Of a stretch of DNA of 64,000 nt, positions 1-10,508 are shown piece by piece (within the stretch, counting starts at the first letter, position 1; each line of letters starts with the position of its first letter). Where the stretch lies: sequence record NC_054921.1, one strand, 5' to 3'. The notes under the pieces were generated by a model. The model did no database searches. It was not told the origin of the DNA and worked only from the letters and a program-made list of their open reading frames with translations. Both the position numbers and the translations under genes were made by a program. Origin of the DNA: Escherichia phage vB_EcoM_IME537.

Positions 1-1003
1 GAATTTTATCAATTGCTTGAACTGATTCTACGTCAATGATGTTATAACTAATGTATCGTTGATGATTAGTCTCACGAAGTTTATTAATAGGACCATCGTA
101 CGGCAATTTACCTTTTTTGGTTTCGTGCTGAGCAACTGATTCCAAAGAGAACGATGGCAAATTAGTAAATGCGAACTTCTTGTACAAATCTAAATAATCA
201 AGAATAGATACGCCATCAATAGAATAAATTTCTTTGCTACCGTACATATTTTGAATTAGTTTAGATTTTACTCGACCGATTGGAGAGAAACGTTTCATAC
301 TGCGTTCACCGAGAACCATTTTAACACGATTCATGATATACGGAACGTCAAATCCCTCAATATTCCAACCAGTAAAAATAGCAGGTCGTTTCTGTTCCCA
401 GAGATTAATATATTCCATGAGCATATCACGCTCATTATCAAATGGCATATAAATTACTCGGTCAAGAATTTCTTGAGGAACTTCATCACCACCTTCACAG
501 TCAAGCTTAGCAGCTAACTTTGCATCCCATTTTGATACTGAGCCGTACATTGAATTCAACAAATCAAAGACGTAAAAACGGTCGTCAATTGAATCATAAT
601 GAGTGATAGCATCAATTTCATATTCTGCTTTCATTGGGTCAGGAAATTTATCGCCAGTAACCTCAATGTCACAGTTAGCTACACGAACAAATTTTCGGTC
701 ATAAACAATTTCTGAACCATATGTATCACTGATATAAGCGAGTTTAAAATCGTTCATACCGAGAGCTTCGAGACCGATGTCTTCCATTCGTTTCATCCAA
801 TCTCGTGCATCTTTCATTGATGGAAATTTTTGAGGAGCACAGTTTTTACCGTAAATGTCTTTGTATTTTGATTCTTCCTTACAGTGTCTAAACATAGTCG
901 GAAGATATTCTACTTCACGAGTACGTTCCTTTCCGTTTTCATCAATATAACGTTCAATAATGTTATTTCCGACTGTTTCAATAGAGATATAAAATTCTTT
1001 CAT
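1..1003 (-). CDS. 43: DNA polymerase gp43, N-terminal part (C-terminus lies beyond window start)
   Basis: ATG at 1003..1001; translation begins MKEFYISIETVGNN, as T4 gp43; runs off the window edge. Confidence 0.9.
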   Translation of the reverse strand, partial: MKEFYISIETVGNNIIERYIDENGKERTREVEYLPTMFRHCKEESKYKDIYGKNCAPQKFPSMKDARDWMKRMEDIGLEALGMNDFKLAYISDTYGSEIVYDRKFVRVANCDIEVTGDKFPDPMKAEYEIDAITHYDSIDDRFYVFDLLNSMYGSVSKWDAKLAAKLDCEGGDEVPQEILDRVIYMPFDNERDMLMEYINLWEQKRPAIFTGWNIEGFDVPYIMNRVKMVLGERSMKRFSPIGRVKSKLIQNMYGSKEIYSIDGVSILDYLDLYKKFAFTNLPSFSLESVAQHETKKGKLPYDGPINKLRETNHQRYISYNIIDVESVQAIDKI

Positions 1004-1061
1004 AGATATTCCTTAGTTTATAGCCCGAGTTATTAGGCTCTTGATATATTATACTCCAAAT

Positions 1062-1078
1062 AAGGGCCGAAGCCCCTT
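1062..1078 (-). other. intercistronic C(UUCG)G tetraloop hairpin on minus-strand transcript
   Basis: GGGCCGAAGCCCC on plus strand = GGGC-UUCG-GCCC on the transcript; lies between regA and 43. Confidence 0.4.
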
Positions 1079-1080
1079 GC

Positions 1081-1449
1081 TTAATTACCAATCGTATATT
1101 TGGGAACGAGTTTCCATTCATGTTTTTGCTTAAAAGAAATAACTCGGAAGTTATTAGTTAAATCTTTCATAAAAGTTCTTTGACCTGGAGCGATTTCAAT
1201 CAGTCCCCAATCTTCTAACAGCCATGCAATCGAATCACGACGAACTTCATCTTCTTCTGTCATTTCAACCTGGCGACCATCCATACGAAGCATTTCTTTA
1301 AAATGAACGATATAGTATAGTCCTTTTTTCTGGAGAATATGACAGGATTGATACAGAACTTTATCTTTATTATTAGCAATTCCCATACGAGTCAAAGTTT
1401 CTTTAACTTTCAGAAAATCTTCAGGTTTTTTAAGAGTAATTTCAATCAT
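1081..1449 (-). CDS. regA: translational repressor RegA
   Basis: 122-aa ORF, ATG start; matches remembered T4 RegA length and sequence. Confidence 0.93.
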   Translation of the reverse strand: MIEITLKKPEDFLKVKETLTRMGIANNKDKVLYQSCHILQKKGLYYIVHFKEMLRMDGRQVEMTEEDEVRRDSIAWLLEDWGLIEIAPGQRTFMKDLTNNFRVISFKQKHEWKLVPKYTIGN

Positions 1450-1450
1450 T

Positions 1451-2014
1451 TTACCATTCCAATGCTAGTTTTTTGAGTTGTTTCTGTTCTTTTACATTCT
1501 TAGTCACTTCTTTCAAAAAATCATCCGTGACTAAACCTTTTAGTTCTTTTAATACTAAAGAAAGTTTTCCATTTTTAGTAAGAATTGATTTATAGTTAAT
1601 TGCATCATTTGTATTAACTTGATACCGCTTAGCAAGTAACTTAATAATCAATACTTCGGTAGAATCTTCAACCAGTTTTGCCCATTTACCATATCTTTTA
1701 CCACGAGGAACAGCAGCCATTAGATAATTAAAATGGGCTTCATCGCTTAAACCTGATCCAATTAAATTCATAGCATATACAGCTGGCATGCACTCAGGAA
1801 ATTGTGATAATGCATTCTCAACCATGTATTTTGAATAATCTTTTTGAGCAATAGAGCATTTAGTTTTATTATTAATAGCTCCAATTATTTCAAAAAACTC
1901 ATTTTCAGCTTTTTCCTTAAAAGAATCAGCAGCAGATTGGACAGCTGTCCAATCTTTTGAATACCAAGCAACTTGATGCTCGTTTAATTGAATATCATCT
2001 TCAAATAAGCTCAT
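1451..2014 (-). CDS. 62: clamp loader small subunit gp62
   Basis: 187-aa ORF, ATG start; T4 synteny regA-62-44. Confidence 0.92.
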   Translation of the reverse strand: MSLFEDDIQLNEHQVAWYSKDWTAVQSAADSFKEKAENEFFEIIGAINNKTKCSIAQKDYSKYMVENALSQFPECMPAVYAMNLIGSGLSDEAHFNYLMAAVPRGKRYGKWAKLVEDSTEVLIIKLLAKRYQVNTNDAINYKSILTKNGKLSLVLKELKGLVTDDFLKEVTKNVKEQKQLKKLALEW

Positions 2015-2015
2015 A

Positions 2016-2975
2016 TCACTTCCACTGCATTTCGCATGCCAATTGAATGAAAAGATATGCTAAATGTAATTCCGTATTAGCCGCAATTCCATGATACTGG
2101 TTATTTTCACCAACAATTTCATACATACGAATAATACTTTGCGGAGTTACGCGTGTATAAATTTCTTCGGCAAGTTTACCTACGAACCACGAATAATCAG
2201 CTGCATATTTTGGTGCTAAAGCTCTGAGCTGTTTAACATCTTTATTTTTGAGAGATTCAAGAACATCATCAATAGCACCACGATCGTTAGTAACCAGTGA
2301 TAAAATACCAGCATCCAAAACACCTTTAGATGAATAACTATCGAGCTCGCCAATAGTTTTACGAAAATCAGGAAAATTCTTTTTAACCAAAGCTGCTACA
2401 ACTTTCATATCAGCTATAGCAATTCCTTCACGCTTACAGATTTCAGTCAATCGCCGAATCATCTGCTTCATCATTTCAATTTTATCTTCATCGGTCGGTT
2501 GACCGAACGTAATAACTCGACAGCGTGACTGAAGTGGTTTAATAATACCATCAATATTGTTAGCAGTAATAATAATACTACAGTTTGAACTATAAGCTTC
2601 CATAAAGGAACGAAGATGTCGCTGAGACTCTGCTAATCCTGAACGGTCAAATTCATCAATGACGATTACTTTTTGACGGCCATCAAATGAAGCTGCACTA
2701 GCAAAATTGGTCAAAGGACCGCGAACGAAATCAATTTTACAATCTGACCCATTCACAAACATCATATCAGCATTTACGTCATGACACAATGCTTTTGCTA
2801 CGGTTGTTTTACCTGTTCCTGGAGAAGGAGAATGAAGAATAATATGTGGAATCTTACCTTTACTTGTAATAGATTTAAAGGTTTCTTTATCAAAGGCGGG
2901 AAGAATACATTCATCGATAGTAGATGGACGATATTTCTGTTCAAGAATGTGTTCTTTTTCATTTACAGTAATCAT
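2016..2975 (-). CDS. 44: clamp loader ATPase gp44
   Basis: Walker [11 protein letters not shown]; start set to ATG 2975 ([16 protein letters not shown]), giving 319 aa; the track start at 2990 is TTG. Confidence 0.93.
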   Translation of the reverse strand: MITVNEKEHILEQKYRPSTIDECILPAFDKETFKSITSKGKIPHIILHSPSPGTGKTTVAKALCHDVNADMMFVNGSDCKIDFVRGPLTNFASAASFDGRQKVIVIDEFDRSGLAESQRHLRSFMEAYSSNCSIIITANNIDGIIKPLQSRCRVITFGQPTDEDKIEMMKQMIRRLTEICKREGIAIADMKVVAALVKKNFPDFRKTIGELDSYSSKGVLDAGILSLVTNDRGAIDDVLESLKNKDVKQLRALAPKYAADYSWFVGKLAEEIYTRVTPQSIIRMYEIVGENNQYHGIAANTELHLAYLFIQLACEMQWK

Positions 2976-3007
2976 AATTTCCTCATTCAAGTTTTAGTGT
3001 AAATTAT

Positions 3008-3025
3008 AAAGGGCCGAAGCCCTTT
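3008..3025 (-). other. intercistronic C(UUCG)G hairpin followed by U-rich tract (terminator or RNA stabiliser)
   Basis: AAAGGGCCGAAGCCCTTT between genes 45 and 44. Confidence 0.4.
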
Positions 3026-3026
3026 A

Positions 3027-3713
3027 TTAAAAGTCGTGGGTAGAATCAGCTTCAAGAGCTACTACATAATTCGCGTGTTCACCTTCAAATTTAGCAGCAC
3101 CTTGTTTACCTTTTGCCCAGAGCAGAAGTTTATAATTTCCTGGTTGCATTTTCATATTTGCCATATTGATAATGAAATTAAATGTATTTTCACCATCATA
3201 ATCACCAAGAGTCAAAGAATATTTAACACGAGTCAAAGCAGAATCTTCTACTTTATTAAAACCGTTAATTACGATTTTACCTTCTTTTACTGTGATAGCA
3301 ATTGTATCAATCTGCAGACCACGAGATACACGCAATAGCTGTTGAAGGTCTTCAGCTTTAATTTCAGTAACAACAGATGCTACCGGGAATGGAATTGGTT
3401 TATTAGGAGCAACTACTGTACTCGGATCGGCTGCTGGCCAAAAAATTGTTGAACGGGCATCAGCAATTTTAATATTACCATCTTCTGACTGGGAAATTTC
3501 TGCATCATCATTAACTAGAGACAGAATACCGAGAAAACCGTTCAAATCGTAAATTGCTACATCAAAATCAATAGTGTCAGAAATATTTGCTTCCGCATAA
3601 GTTGTACCATTAACCGCGCGAGTCATAATAAATTGACCGGATTTAAGCATAATACCAGAGTTAATAGTAGCGAAATTTTTAAGCAGAGCAGTAGTATCTT
3701 TAGACAGTTTCAT
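3027..3713 (-). CDS. 45: sliding clamp gp45
   Basis: 228-aa ORF, ATG start; sequence as remembered for T4 gp45. Confidence 0.93.
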   Translation of the reverse strand: MKLSKDTTALLKNFATINSGIMLKSGQFIMTRAVNGTTYAEANISDTIDFDVAIYDLNGFLGILSLVNDDAEISQSEDGNIKIADARSTIFWPAADPSTVVAPNKPIPFPVASVVTEIKAEDLQQLLRVSRGLQIDTIAITVKEGKIVINGFNKVEDSALTRVKYSLTLGDYDGENTFNFIINMANMKMQPGNYKLLLWAKGKQGAAKFEGEHANYVVALEADSTHDF

Positions 3714-3768
3714 GTAATTTCCTTCAATTCAAATGAGATTTAATTTTATAACTAATTTAATAAAGCAA

Positions 3769-4158
3769 TTAACGATTAAAATCAGCAGCAATTGTTTCCG
3801 CAACAATTTGAGCAGCAACAATTAGACGTTCATCTGCATTACCGCAATAATTATCTTCAAGGCGTTCACCGCATGAAGTCATAATAAATTTAGCACCAGC
3901 ATTTAGAGATTCTGCCGTATGTTTGCGCATCAGTTCAATCCATTTATCACTCACTTCACGATCGATAGCTTCATAATATGCATGACGAGCAGGTGCAGAT
4001 TTAATTTTGTTCTGAATAACTTCCATTGCGTTATCAGAAAGAGACAAAACCCATGCTCGACGAATTTTATTTTGGTTTTGTGGATTTGATTCAGAACGCA
4101 CGTGTTTTGGCTGAATATCTTTTACATCAACAGTATAATTCACAGTAATTTTAGTCAT
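3769..4158 (-). CDS. rpbA: RNA polymerase-binding protein RpbA
   Basis: 129-aa ORF in the T4 rpbA position. Confidence 0.8.
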   Translation of the reverse strand: MTKITVNYTVDVKDIQPKHVRSESNPQNQNKIRRAWVLSLSDNAMEVIQNKIKSAPARHAYYEAIDREVSDKWIELMRKHTAESLNAGAKFIMTSCGERLEDNYCGNADERLIVAAQIVAETIAADFNR

Positions 4159-4167
4159 AATACACCT

Positions 4168-4356
4168 TTAGTCATAATAATCAGTAACAGTCCAAGCATC
4201 ATTTCTGTTGGACATTATTTTCGTATATTCTGATTTAAATGCATTCTTAAGCATAGATTCAGTAACTATATGCTCTTCATTAGAAAAATTATTTCTCAGA
4301 ATATATCGTTTTATTTCAGGAATAGTTAATAGATGCTGTCCAGTTGAATATTCCAT
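4168..4356 (-). CDS. 45.2: hypothetical protein (T4 45.2 position)
   Basis: 62-aa ORF with ATG start; synteny. Confidence 0.55.
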   Translation of the reverse strand: MEYSTGQHLLTIPEIKRYILRNNFSNEEHIVTESMLKNAFKSEYTKIMSNRNDAWTVTDYYD

Positions 4357-4411
4357 GTTTTTCCTCCATAGAGATTATACTCTAATAAATTAAAGCATAA
4401 TCTCTTATAAA

Positions 4412-6094
4412 TTAAACCATTACAGTAAACCGACCAACTTTCTTCATTTGAAGATGCTGACCATATGCTTGTGGGTCATGGTCTCTATGTGAAATAACAA
4501 AAACATTAGTATTTTTTAAACTATCTAAAATAGTTGAAATAGCTTTTACACCTTCAACATCGGTTGCTGAATCAAAAACTTCATCGAGAATTAGTGTGTT
4601 TATTTTAACACCTGAAACTTTTTCAGCAATATCACGCCAAGTAAATAAAAGAGCAATATCAATTCGTGCTTTTTCACCTTGACTAAATGAAGCATAACTA
4701 AAATCTTCACGACCACGGGATTTAATTGTCTCATTAAATTCTTCATCTAATGTAAACACATAATCCGCTTCCATTATTTTAAGATAATGGTTAATCTGCT
4801 TATTAAATAATGGAATGTACTTTTTAATAATAGCACCTTTAATACCAGAATCTTTGAGCATGTCAGTCAAAATTCCTCTGTGGTATTTTTCCATTACTAA
4901 ATTAGTTTTTGTCTTAACAATTTTATCAAGTTCTTCTTGAAGCAGTGCTATTTCATCAGCATGGTCAATAAACTCAGATGATGCTTTTTCTATAGCCGCT
5001 TTAACTTTTTTAGCTTTATCTACCGTCGTGATTAAGGATTGCTTTTTATTGCGAATATCATTTGCCAACGTCTGCTGGGTTTTAATATTATCTCGGTATT
5101 CATCAACAAGAACTTTTAAATTATCACGATGTGTTGAAAGCTGTTCAAACGAATGCGTGCATTCAGAAACTTTATCTTTAATTTTAGAAACAACTTTATC
5201 ACCGGAACTTAATTGTGACAAACAGGTTGGACATAATCCACCTTCGTGATACATATTAATGACTTTATTATATGAGTCAATTTTTGATTTAATTAAAAAT
5301 GCTTCTTGACCGATTTTATTAAATGCATCAGTCGGGTCTTCATCTAAAACAATATTAACTAATCTTTCATTAGCTTCTTCTATTTCCGATTTTAGCGTTC
5401 TAGCTTCTTTTGCCAAATCATCGTACATATTCTGCAGACGAGTAAGGTTGTCACCAGACAATTTTTTCTGGCGTTCAACATTATCATTATATATTTTAAT
5501 TTGCTGGATAATACTATCTTTTTTAACATCAAGCACTTGGTTTTGTGAATTTAATTCACGTATTAGTGCTTTATTAAGCTTATCCATTTCAGCTAATGTT
5601 CCTACCTCGAGCAGGTCTTCGACGAGTTTTCTTCTTGCAGGAGTGGATAGGCCCATAAAAGGGGTATATCCAGCCGTGCCGAGTACGACGATCTGTTTGA
5701 AACTGGCGTATGACATTCCGATAAGCTGTTCAAATTCTGCTTGGAAATCTTTACTGCTGGCAGATTCATTAAGACGTGTACCGTTAACGGTGATTTCGAA
5801 AACATTTGGTTTTTGTCCTCTTTTGATATAGTACTTTTTCTCATCATATTCCATCCACAGCTCAACTAAAAGCTCTTTCTTATTTGTGCTGTTTATTAAT
5901 TGGCCTTTCTTTACATCACGAAATGGCTTGCCAAAAAGCCCAAATGTGATGGCTTCTAACATAGTAGACTTACCACCGCCATTTCGTCCAGTAATAAGAG
6001 TTTTTTGAACCTTATCTAATTGAATGTCAATAGGATTTCCACCTACTGACATTATATTTTGATACCTAACTCGGTTTAGTTTAAAATTCTTCAC
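4412..6094 (-). CDS. 46: recombination endonuclease subunit gp46 (SbcC/Rad50-like ATPase)
   Basis: 560 aa; Walker A GRNGGGKST; long coiled coil; apparent GTG start overlapping the upstream stop. Confidence 0.9.
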   Translation of the reverse strand: MKNFKLNRVRYQNIMSVGGNPIDIQLDKVQKTLITGRNGGGKSTMLEAITFGLFGKPFRDVKKGQLINSTNKKELLVELWMEYDEKKYYIKRGQKPNVFEITVNGTRLNESASSKDFQAEFEQLIGMSYASFKQIVVLGTAGYTPFMGLSTPARRKLVEDLLEVGTLAEMDKLNKALIRELNSQNQVLDVKKDSIIQQIKIYNDNVERQKKLSGDNLTRLQNMYDDLAKEARTLKSEIEEANERLVNIVLDEDPTDAFNKIGQEAFLIKSKIDSYNKVINMYHEGGLCPTCLSQLSSGDKVVSKIKDKVSECTHSFEQLSTHRDNLKVLVDEYRDNIKTQQTLANDIRNKKQSLITTVDKAKKVKAAIEKASSEFIDHADEIALLQEELDKIVKTKTNLVMEKYHRGILTDMLKDSGIKGAIIKKYIPLFNKQINHYLKIMEADYVFTLDEEFNETIKSRGREDFSYASFSQGEKARIDIALLFTWRDIAEKVSGVKINTLILDEVFDSATDVEGVKAISTILDSLKNTNVFVISHRDHDPQAYGQHLQMKKVGRFTVMV

Positions 6095-6306
6095 AAAAGA
6101 TTCCTTTTAATGTATCTTTTAGACCATTCTATCATATCATCATAATCTAAAAAGTATTCATCAAATTCAGCCATGCAAACAACACCTTGTGCTGCTTTTG
6201 ATGTGATATAAATTATTCCAACATATCTAGAATCTTCTTCGGTGTAATCAATATTTGCTATGAATTCATCGTTAATGTCAAATGTCGAAAACTTCACAGT
6301 ATGCAT
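6091..6306 (-). CDS. 46.1: hypothetical protein (T4 46.1 position); start uncertain
   Basis: ORF in frame to 6354; in-frame ATGs at 6354, 6306 and 6174, none with a strong SD. Confidence 0.4.
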   Translation of the reverse strand: MHTVKFSTFDINDEFIANIDYTEEDSRYVGIIYITSKAAQGVVCMAEFDEYFLDYDDMIEWSKRYIKRNLL

Positions 6307-6541
6307 CCTTAATACAAGATACAGCCATATCTTGTAATGATTTAGGTGTGTCATTATCTAAAATGTTGAAGTTAAAAGATACAGCCCAGTCAGTGCAGAC
6401 CGTAACCTTTTTAATACAATTATCTTCAACTTCTAGCGGTTCAAACCAATATTCAATAATTTCTTTATGCCCAATATCATCTTTTACTTCGCATTCAAAA
6501 TGCTGACTCATCATAACATTTTTAAATTCATCAAAAGTCAT
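6278..6541 (-). CDS. 46.2: hypothetical protein (T4 46.2 position)
   Basis: 87-aa ORF; ATG overlaps the gp47 stop (ATGA). Confidence 0.55.
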   Translation of the reverse strand: MTFDEFKNVMMSQHFECEVKDDIGHKEIIEYWFEPLEVEDNCIKKVTVCTDWAVSFNFNILDNDTPKSLQDMAVSCIKDAYCEVFDI

Positions 6542-7557
6542 TGTGTTGCCTCTACATATAACTGATTTGCATATTGAATAAGTGCTTCGCGATCAGAATC
6601 AGTGATGTCTGGAATTGCATTAATGTATTCTTCCATCAATGTCTGAAGAGATTGAACTTCAACTTCTTCATTATCATCTGACTCAACAGAGTTATCAATC
6701 TTTGACACAACTCGTAATGAATGCACAACTTTTTCTAGTTCAGATTCGAACTTCGTCAGATTTTTGTCTACCTCAGTTACTATAACACGTACTGACAGAT
6801 TTGTAAAATCTTTGTAGTCAATTTTTCCCTTAAATGGGTATTGAATTCGACGATGCCAAGTAGTGTTGTTTGGAATAAATTCCATTCGTTCTGTTTCTGT
6901 ATCAAACATCCAGAACCCGCGAGGGTCATTCTCGTCACCTGCAGTTAGTGTCCATGGTGTCCCAATATATCTGACGTTAGCAGCCTCAGAGATAGTATGG
7001 AAGTGACCAGACCACACTTCTTTATAAGTCTTAAGGAAATCAGGTTCAAGACCGTGAGATTTCATTCCTTTATAAAAATAAAATCCATTCAGTTCCCAGT
7101 GACCAACACAAAAAGAAGCAGATGAAGTTTTGATGTGTTCAAGAATTTCACCAGTATTTTCTTCACACATCCAAGGAATTAAATCAATCAAACATCCGTC
7201 AAAATCTACTGTAGTAGGCTTATCATATACTTTAACATTAGGATATTTAGCCAAAAGCTCAGTAGAAGCATTTGGAGTTAAAGTATTTTTAAAGTGCATA
7301 TCATGGTTTCCTACAACAGTATGTAGGGTAATACCAGCATCATCAAGCATTTGAACTATTTCACGGGCAAACTCCATAGTTTTATGTGTGATTGCTTTTC
7401 GCACATCAAAAATATCACCATATTGAATCCATGTAGTAATTCCATTTTTCTTAGAATATTCTATCGCCTGCTTAATTCCATCCAACTGGATTGATTGAAC
7501 CCACTCATCATCGGCTTTAACGCCTAAATGCCAATCACCTAAATTTAAAATTTTCAT
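6538..7557 (-). CDS. 47: recombination endonuclease subunit gp47 (SbcD/Mre11-like)
   Basis: 339 aa; phosphoesterase motifs GDWH, GDIFD, GNHD. Confidence 0.9.
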   Translation of the reverse strand: MKILNLGDWHLGVKADDEWVQSIQLDGIKQAIEYSKKNGITTWIQYGDIFDVRKAITHKTMEFAREIVQMLDDAGITLHTVVGNHDMHFKNTLTPNASTELLAKYPNVKVYDKPTTVDFDGCLIDLIPWMCEENTGEILEHIKTSSASFCVGHWELNGFYFYKGMKSHGLEPDFLKTYKEVWSGHFHTISEAANVRYIGTPWTLTAGDENDPRGFWMFDTETERMEFIPNNTTWHRRIQYPFKGKIDYKDFTNLSVRVIVTEVDKNLTKFESELEKVVHSLRVVSKIDNSVESDDNEEVEVQSLQTLMEEYINAIPDITDSDREALIQYANQLYVEATQ

Positions 7558-7694
7558 ATATCAAGAACCGTCATTGAAATGCAAAATAAAATTATTGAAA
7601 TAAATCCATCTGGAGTGCTAAAGAACCCAATCCAACATGCTCTAGCAAATAGATAAAATGCAAGAAAAAGTATCACATATCCAAGAAATATCAT
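7554..7694 (-). CDS. small hydrophobic peptide, translationally coupled to gene 47
   Basis: 46-aa ORF MIFLGYVILFLAFYLF...; stop overlaps the gp47 ATG; below the track's 60-aa cutoff. Confidence 0.3.
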   Translation of the reverse strand: MIFLGYVILFLAFYLFARACWIGFFSTPDGFISIILFCISMTVLDI

Positions 7695-7717
7695 TATATC
7701 AAACTCCGTATAAAGCT

Positions 7718-7735
7718 AAAGGGCCGAAGCCCTTT
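7718..7735 (-). other. C(UUCG)G hairpin overlapping the a-gt stop
   Basis: AAAGGGCCGAAGCCCTTT. Confidence 0.35.
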
Positions 7736-8936
7736 ATTTTGTAATAATGTCAAACTGTTCTTTAAAGCAGAAGCTTGAATCTTGGTGCTGATACAAAAAT
7801 TCATAAGCTTTTTCACGTTCACGGTCATAAAGAGCTCGGTCAGATGACAGTTCTTTAATACGTTCAAATGTTGATTCCATGTCATTTTCATCAAACCAAA
7901 CGATACCGCTATCGTGCGAAATTAATGGAGTATTATCAACACGGAATTTTAAATTTTCGCCAGTAGATTTCCAAAATACTGGAATTGTTCCACATGCACC
8001 AAGCTCGAGATGAGTATATTCTAAAGAACGCTGTAGATATTTTTTATCTAATTTACTCAGCTGATAACCAAATCCGGATTTACTCATGCGTTCAAGCATT
8101 TCGCTATTTACATAACGGTCGAGAATTTGCGTCGGCAAATTAGGAGCAATTTTAATTTGGTCTACTTGATGAAGACGATAATACTCGTATGGAATTCCTT
8201 TTTCTTTAATAGGAATGAACGCTGGAGAACGTTCCAGACCTTCCATAATAGTACTTAGTCCTGCAGGTTTAAGATGTTTTTCGTGAAAATCAAACATCTG
8301 ATAAAAGCCTTTCCATGTAGTAGTACGACCAATCCAACGATTGATATTCATGTTAATTTCAGAAACATCTTTCCAGTAGGTTGATCGAACCTTCGCAATA
8401 TCCATGGGAGGCTGAAAGTTATATACGGTCGGTGCTTCTTCAATATCATCAAATAGAGAAACAGTTTCCGGATACCATTCTTTCATCAGAACTTTATTAA
8501 AATCACCATTATCAGAATGGCTAAAAATAACATCAGCCCGACGAACAGTTTCTTCTAATCCCAAATTTCGACGCAAAGAAAGAGAAGAATGGTCATGCTG
8601 ATAAACTACAACACGAACCGAAGGTTTAATGTTATCAATAATTTTTTTATAGTTATTAATGGTGTCTTCTTCAACTGAAGTAGCAGGAACTGAATTGATA
8701 ACTAGAATATCACAATCATTTACCAGCTTAAGCGTTTTATCGTATTCTTTTGCCAATAAAACCGGAATTGAAAATGATTTATAATCATGCGCGCAATTAC
8801 GAGTAAATGATTTATCTTTAGCATAAACCAAAGTTACTTCATGACCATTTTTAATAAACCAATCACGCTGCTCAAGAGAAAATTTAGTTACACCGCAACC
8901 TTCAAGACCTCGAGCCATAAAAATGCATACTTTCAT
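7734..8936 (-). CDS. a-gt: DNA alpha-glucosyltransferase
   Basis: 400-aa ORF; close to remembered T4 a-gt sequence. Confidence 0.9.
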   Translation of the reverse strand: MKVCIFMARGLEGCGVTKFSLEQRDWFIKNGHEVTLVYAKDKSFTRNCAHDYKSFSIPVLLAKEYDKTLKLVNDCDILVINSVPATSVEEDTINNYKKIIDNIKPSVRVVVYQHDHSSLSLRRNLGLEETVRRADVIFSHSDNGDFNKVLMKEWYPETVSLFDDIEEAPTVYNFQPPMDIAKVRSTYWKDVSEINMNINRWIGRTTTWKGFYQMFDFHEKHLKPAGLSTIMEGLERSPAFIPIKEKGIPYEYYRLHQVDQIKIAPNLPTQILDRYVNSEMLERMSKSGFGYQLSKLDKKYLQRSLEYTHLELGACGTIPVFWKSTGENLKFRVDNTPLISHDSGIVWFDENDMESTFERIKELSSDRALYDREREKAYEFLYQHQDSSFCFKEQFDIITK

Positions 8937-9002
8937 TTAATATCCTCATTGTTTTGGTTTATTTTACCAAAAATTTATAAAGCAATATAGGAGCCGAGGC
9001 TC

Positions 9003-9176
9003 CTATCCGCATAATACGCCATACAGAGGCTCATTAGAGCTTCTAAATTTTATGCGCTTATATGTTATAGTTCCTTCTGCTTTAGCTTTATCGTGAGCCT
9101 CTTTAAAGCGTCTCATCATTTCTACTTTAGAGGAACGAATTTTATTATAATCTATTTCAGAAGTCTGGGTGTTCAT
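9003..9176 (-). CDS. small hypothetical protein
   Basis: 57-aa ORF MNTQTSEIDYNK...; stop lies within a palindromic hairpin. Confidence 0.3.
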   Translation of the reverse strand: MNTQTSEIDYNKIRSSKVEMMRRFKEAHDKAKAEGTITYKRIKFRSSNEPLYGVLCG

Positions 9177-9179
9177 CTT

Positions 9180-9383
9180 TCACAGTTGCCACCATTTTTT
9201 GACTTGATAAGAATCAACCCACACTTTCATATTAGGGTCTGCTCTTACAATAGGAGGATTAACTTCTTTAATTGAACTATCATGGTATTCTTTTTCAGAA
9301 ATTTTCACACAAAGATGACCGTTCAAAGATTCAGTAAATCCTGCATTAATTTTAAGACGCTTGAATTTTACGTGTGTAAGCAT
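9180..9383 (-). CDS. hypothetical protein
   Basis: 67-aa ORF from ATG 9383 (track start 9386 is TTG). Confidence 0.4.
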   Translation of the reverse strand: MLTHVKFKRLKINAGFTESLNGHLCVKISEKEYHDSSIKEVNPPIVRADPNMKVWVDSYQVKKWWQL

Positions 9384-9669
9384 CAATCATATCCTCAATC
9401 TGCGATCTAGTAGTCTTCCAAAGAATACTAATGAGTTCATCATTATATGGCTGTTTTAGAATATCCCGACTTTTCTTGATAGCATATTCGTATTGAGCAA
9501 AATTATTATTTTCAGCTGCAATTTGAGCGTGTTTATAAAGACGGTTCAGTTCGCGTTTATTTTTAGACAATAACTTATTTGCTTTTCTTTCTGCTTCAAG
9601 ACGGTTCTTTTCTTCAATAGAAGAAATAAGCTTTTCCACTTCATCATTAATTTCGGGTTTATCAGTCAT
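9352..9669 (-). CDS. hypothetical coiled-coil protein
   Basis: 105-aa ORF, ATG start. Confidence 0.5.
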   Translation of the reverse strand: MTDKPEINDEVEKLISSIEEKNRLEAERKANKLLSKNKRELNRLYKHAQIAAENNNFAQYEYAIKKSRDILKQPYNDELISILWKTTRSQIEDMIDAYTRKIQAS

Positions 9670-9670
9670 A

Positions 9671-9889
9671 TTATTTCTCTAATATAAAATAAAAATCATC
9701 ATCTGTTAAATGATACCGATAGTTTAATTCTACACCATTAGATTTAAAAGCGGTATCATACGGATTTTCTGGATCAATATCAATGTCAAGAGCTAAAACT
9801 TCCCTGAGATACATTTTAAGTAAATAGGGAATAGCTTCAACTTCAGGTATTTCTTCCAAGAATCCGGAGAGGTTAATCGTTAGCCTCAT
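9671..9889 (-). CDS. hypothetical protein
   Basis: 72-aa ORF, ATG start, immediately downstream of gene 55. Confidence 0.45.
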
Positions 9890-10430
9890 ATAAAAAATCC
9901 AAACTAGGAGAATCGTCTACAACACTTTTCTTTTCAGCCCCTGGTGTTCTATAGGTTGATTCTTCGTAATGCGTCATTTTATCGTAGATGTCTTGAATAA
10001 AAGTTTCATCTACTAACGCAACCATATCGTCGTCACGACTGTCATAGACATTGTGAACGAAGTAACTGTATTTCTTTGCAACTTCCTTACGTTCTTTTTT
10101 AATACGTTGGACGAATGCATTAAAACAAGCTTGAGTTATATATGCATGTGGGTTTTTATATTTCGTTTCATCAAAATTATGAAGTCCTTTAATAGAAGCT
10201 TCTATACCATCTGCAATCATTTCTTGTTTCCAAGACTGGGTGTATCCTGAAAAGTTGAAACGTTTAGATAAGCCTTCTGCAATAAGCATAATGGCTAATC
10301 CGATAGTATCATTCTGACGAACTACTTTATTTGGGTCTTTATTATTTGCTAATTCTGTTTTCCAATCAATAATAGCTTGTAAAAGCTCTTTATTGTTTAC
10401 GTAATTATATTTAGGCTTAGTTTCTGACAT
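9873..10430 (-). CDS. 55: late-transcription sigma factor gp55
   Basis: ATG 10430 with SD AAGAGGTGA; 185 aa starting [16 protein letters not shown] as in T4. Confidence 0.9.
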
Positions 10431-10508
10431 TTTCACCTCTTAGCTCAATTCATAGATCTATTATATCATAATATTTGAAGATCTATCTTAAAGCATAGAG
10501 GATATCAG

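Noticed and set aside
2781-3002. Plus-strand ORFs listed in the track within 1-49700 (for example 2781..3002, 3036..3338, 5448..5831, 14598..14813, 35606..35989, 38321..38536)
   Set aside because: They lie antisense to well-supported minus-strand genes, are low-complexity, and have no Shine-Dalgarno or promoter; treated as shadow ORFs.
7694-7894. 66-aa minus-strand ORF overlapping the 3' end of a-gt
   Set aside because: Lies in another frame almost wholly inside a-gt; more likely chance.
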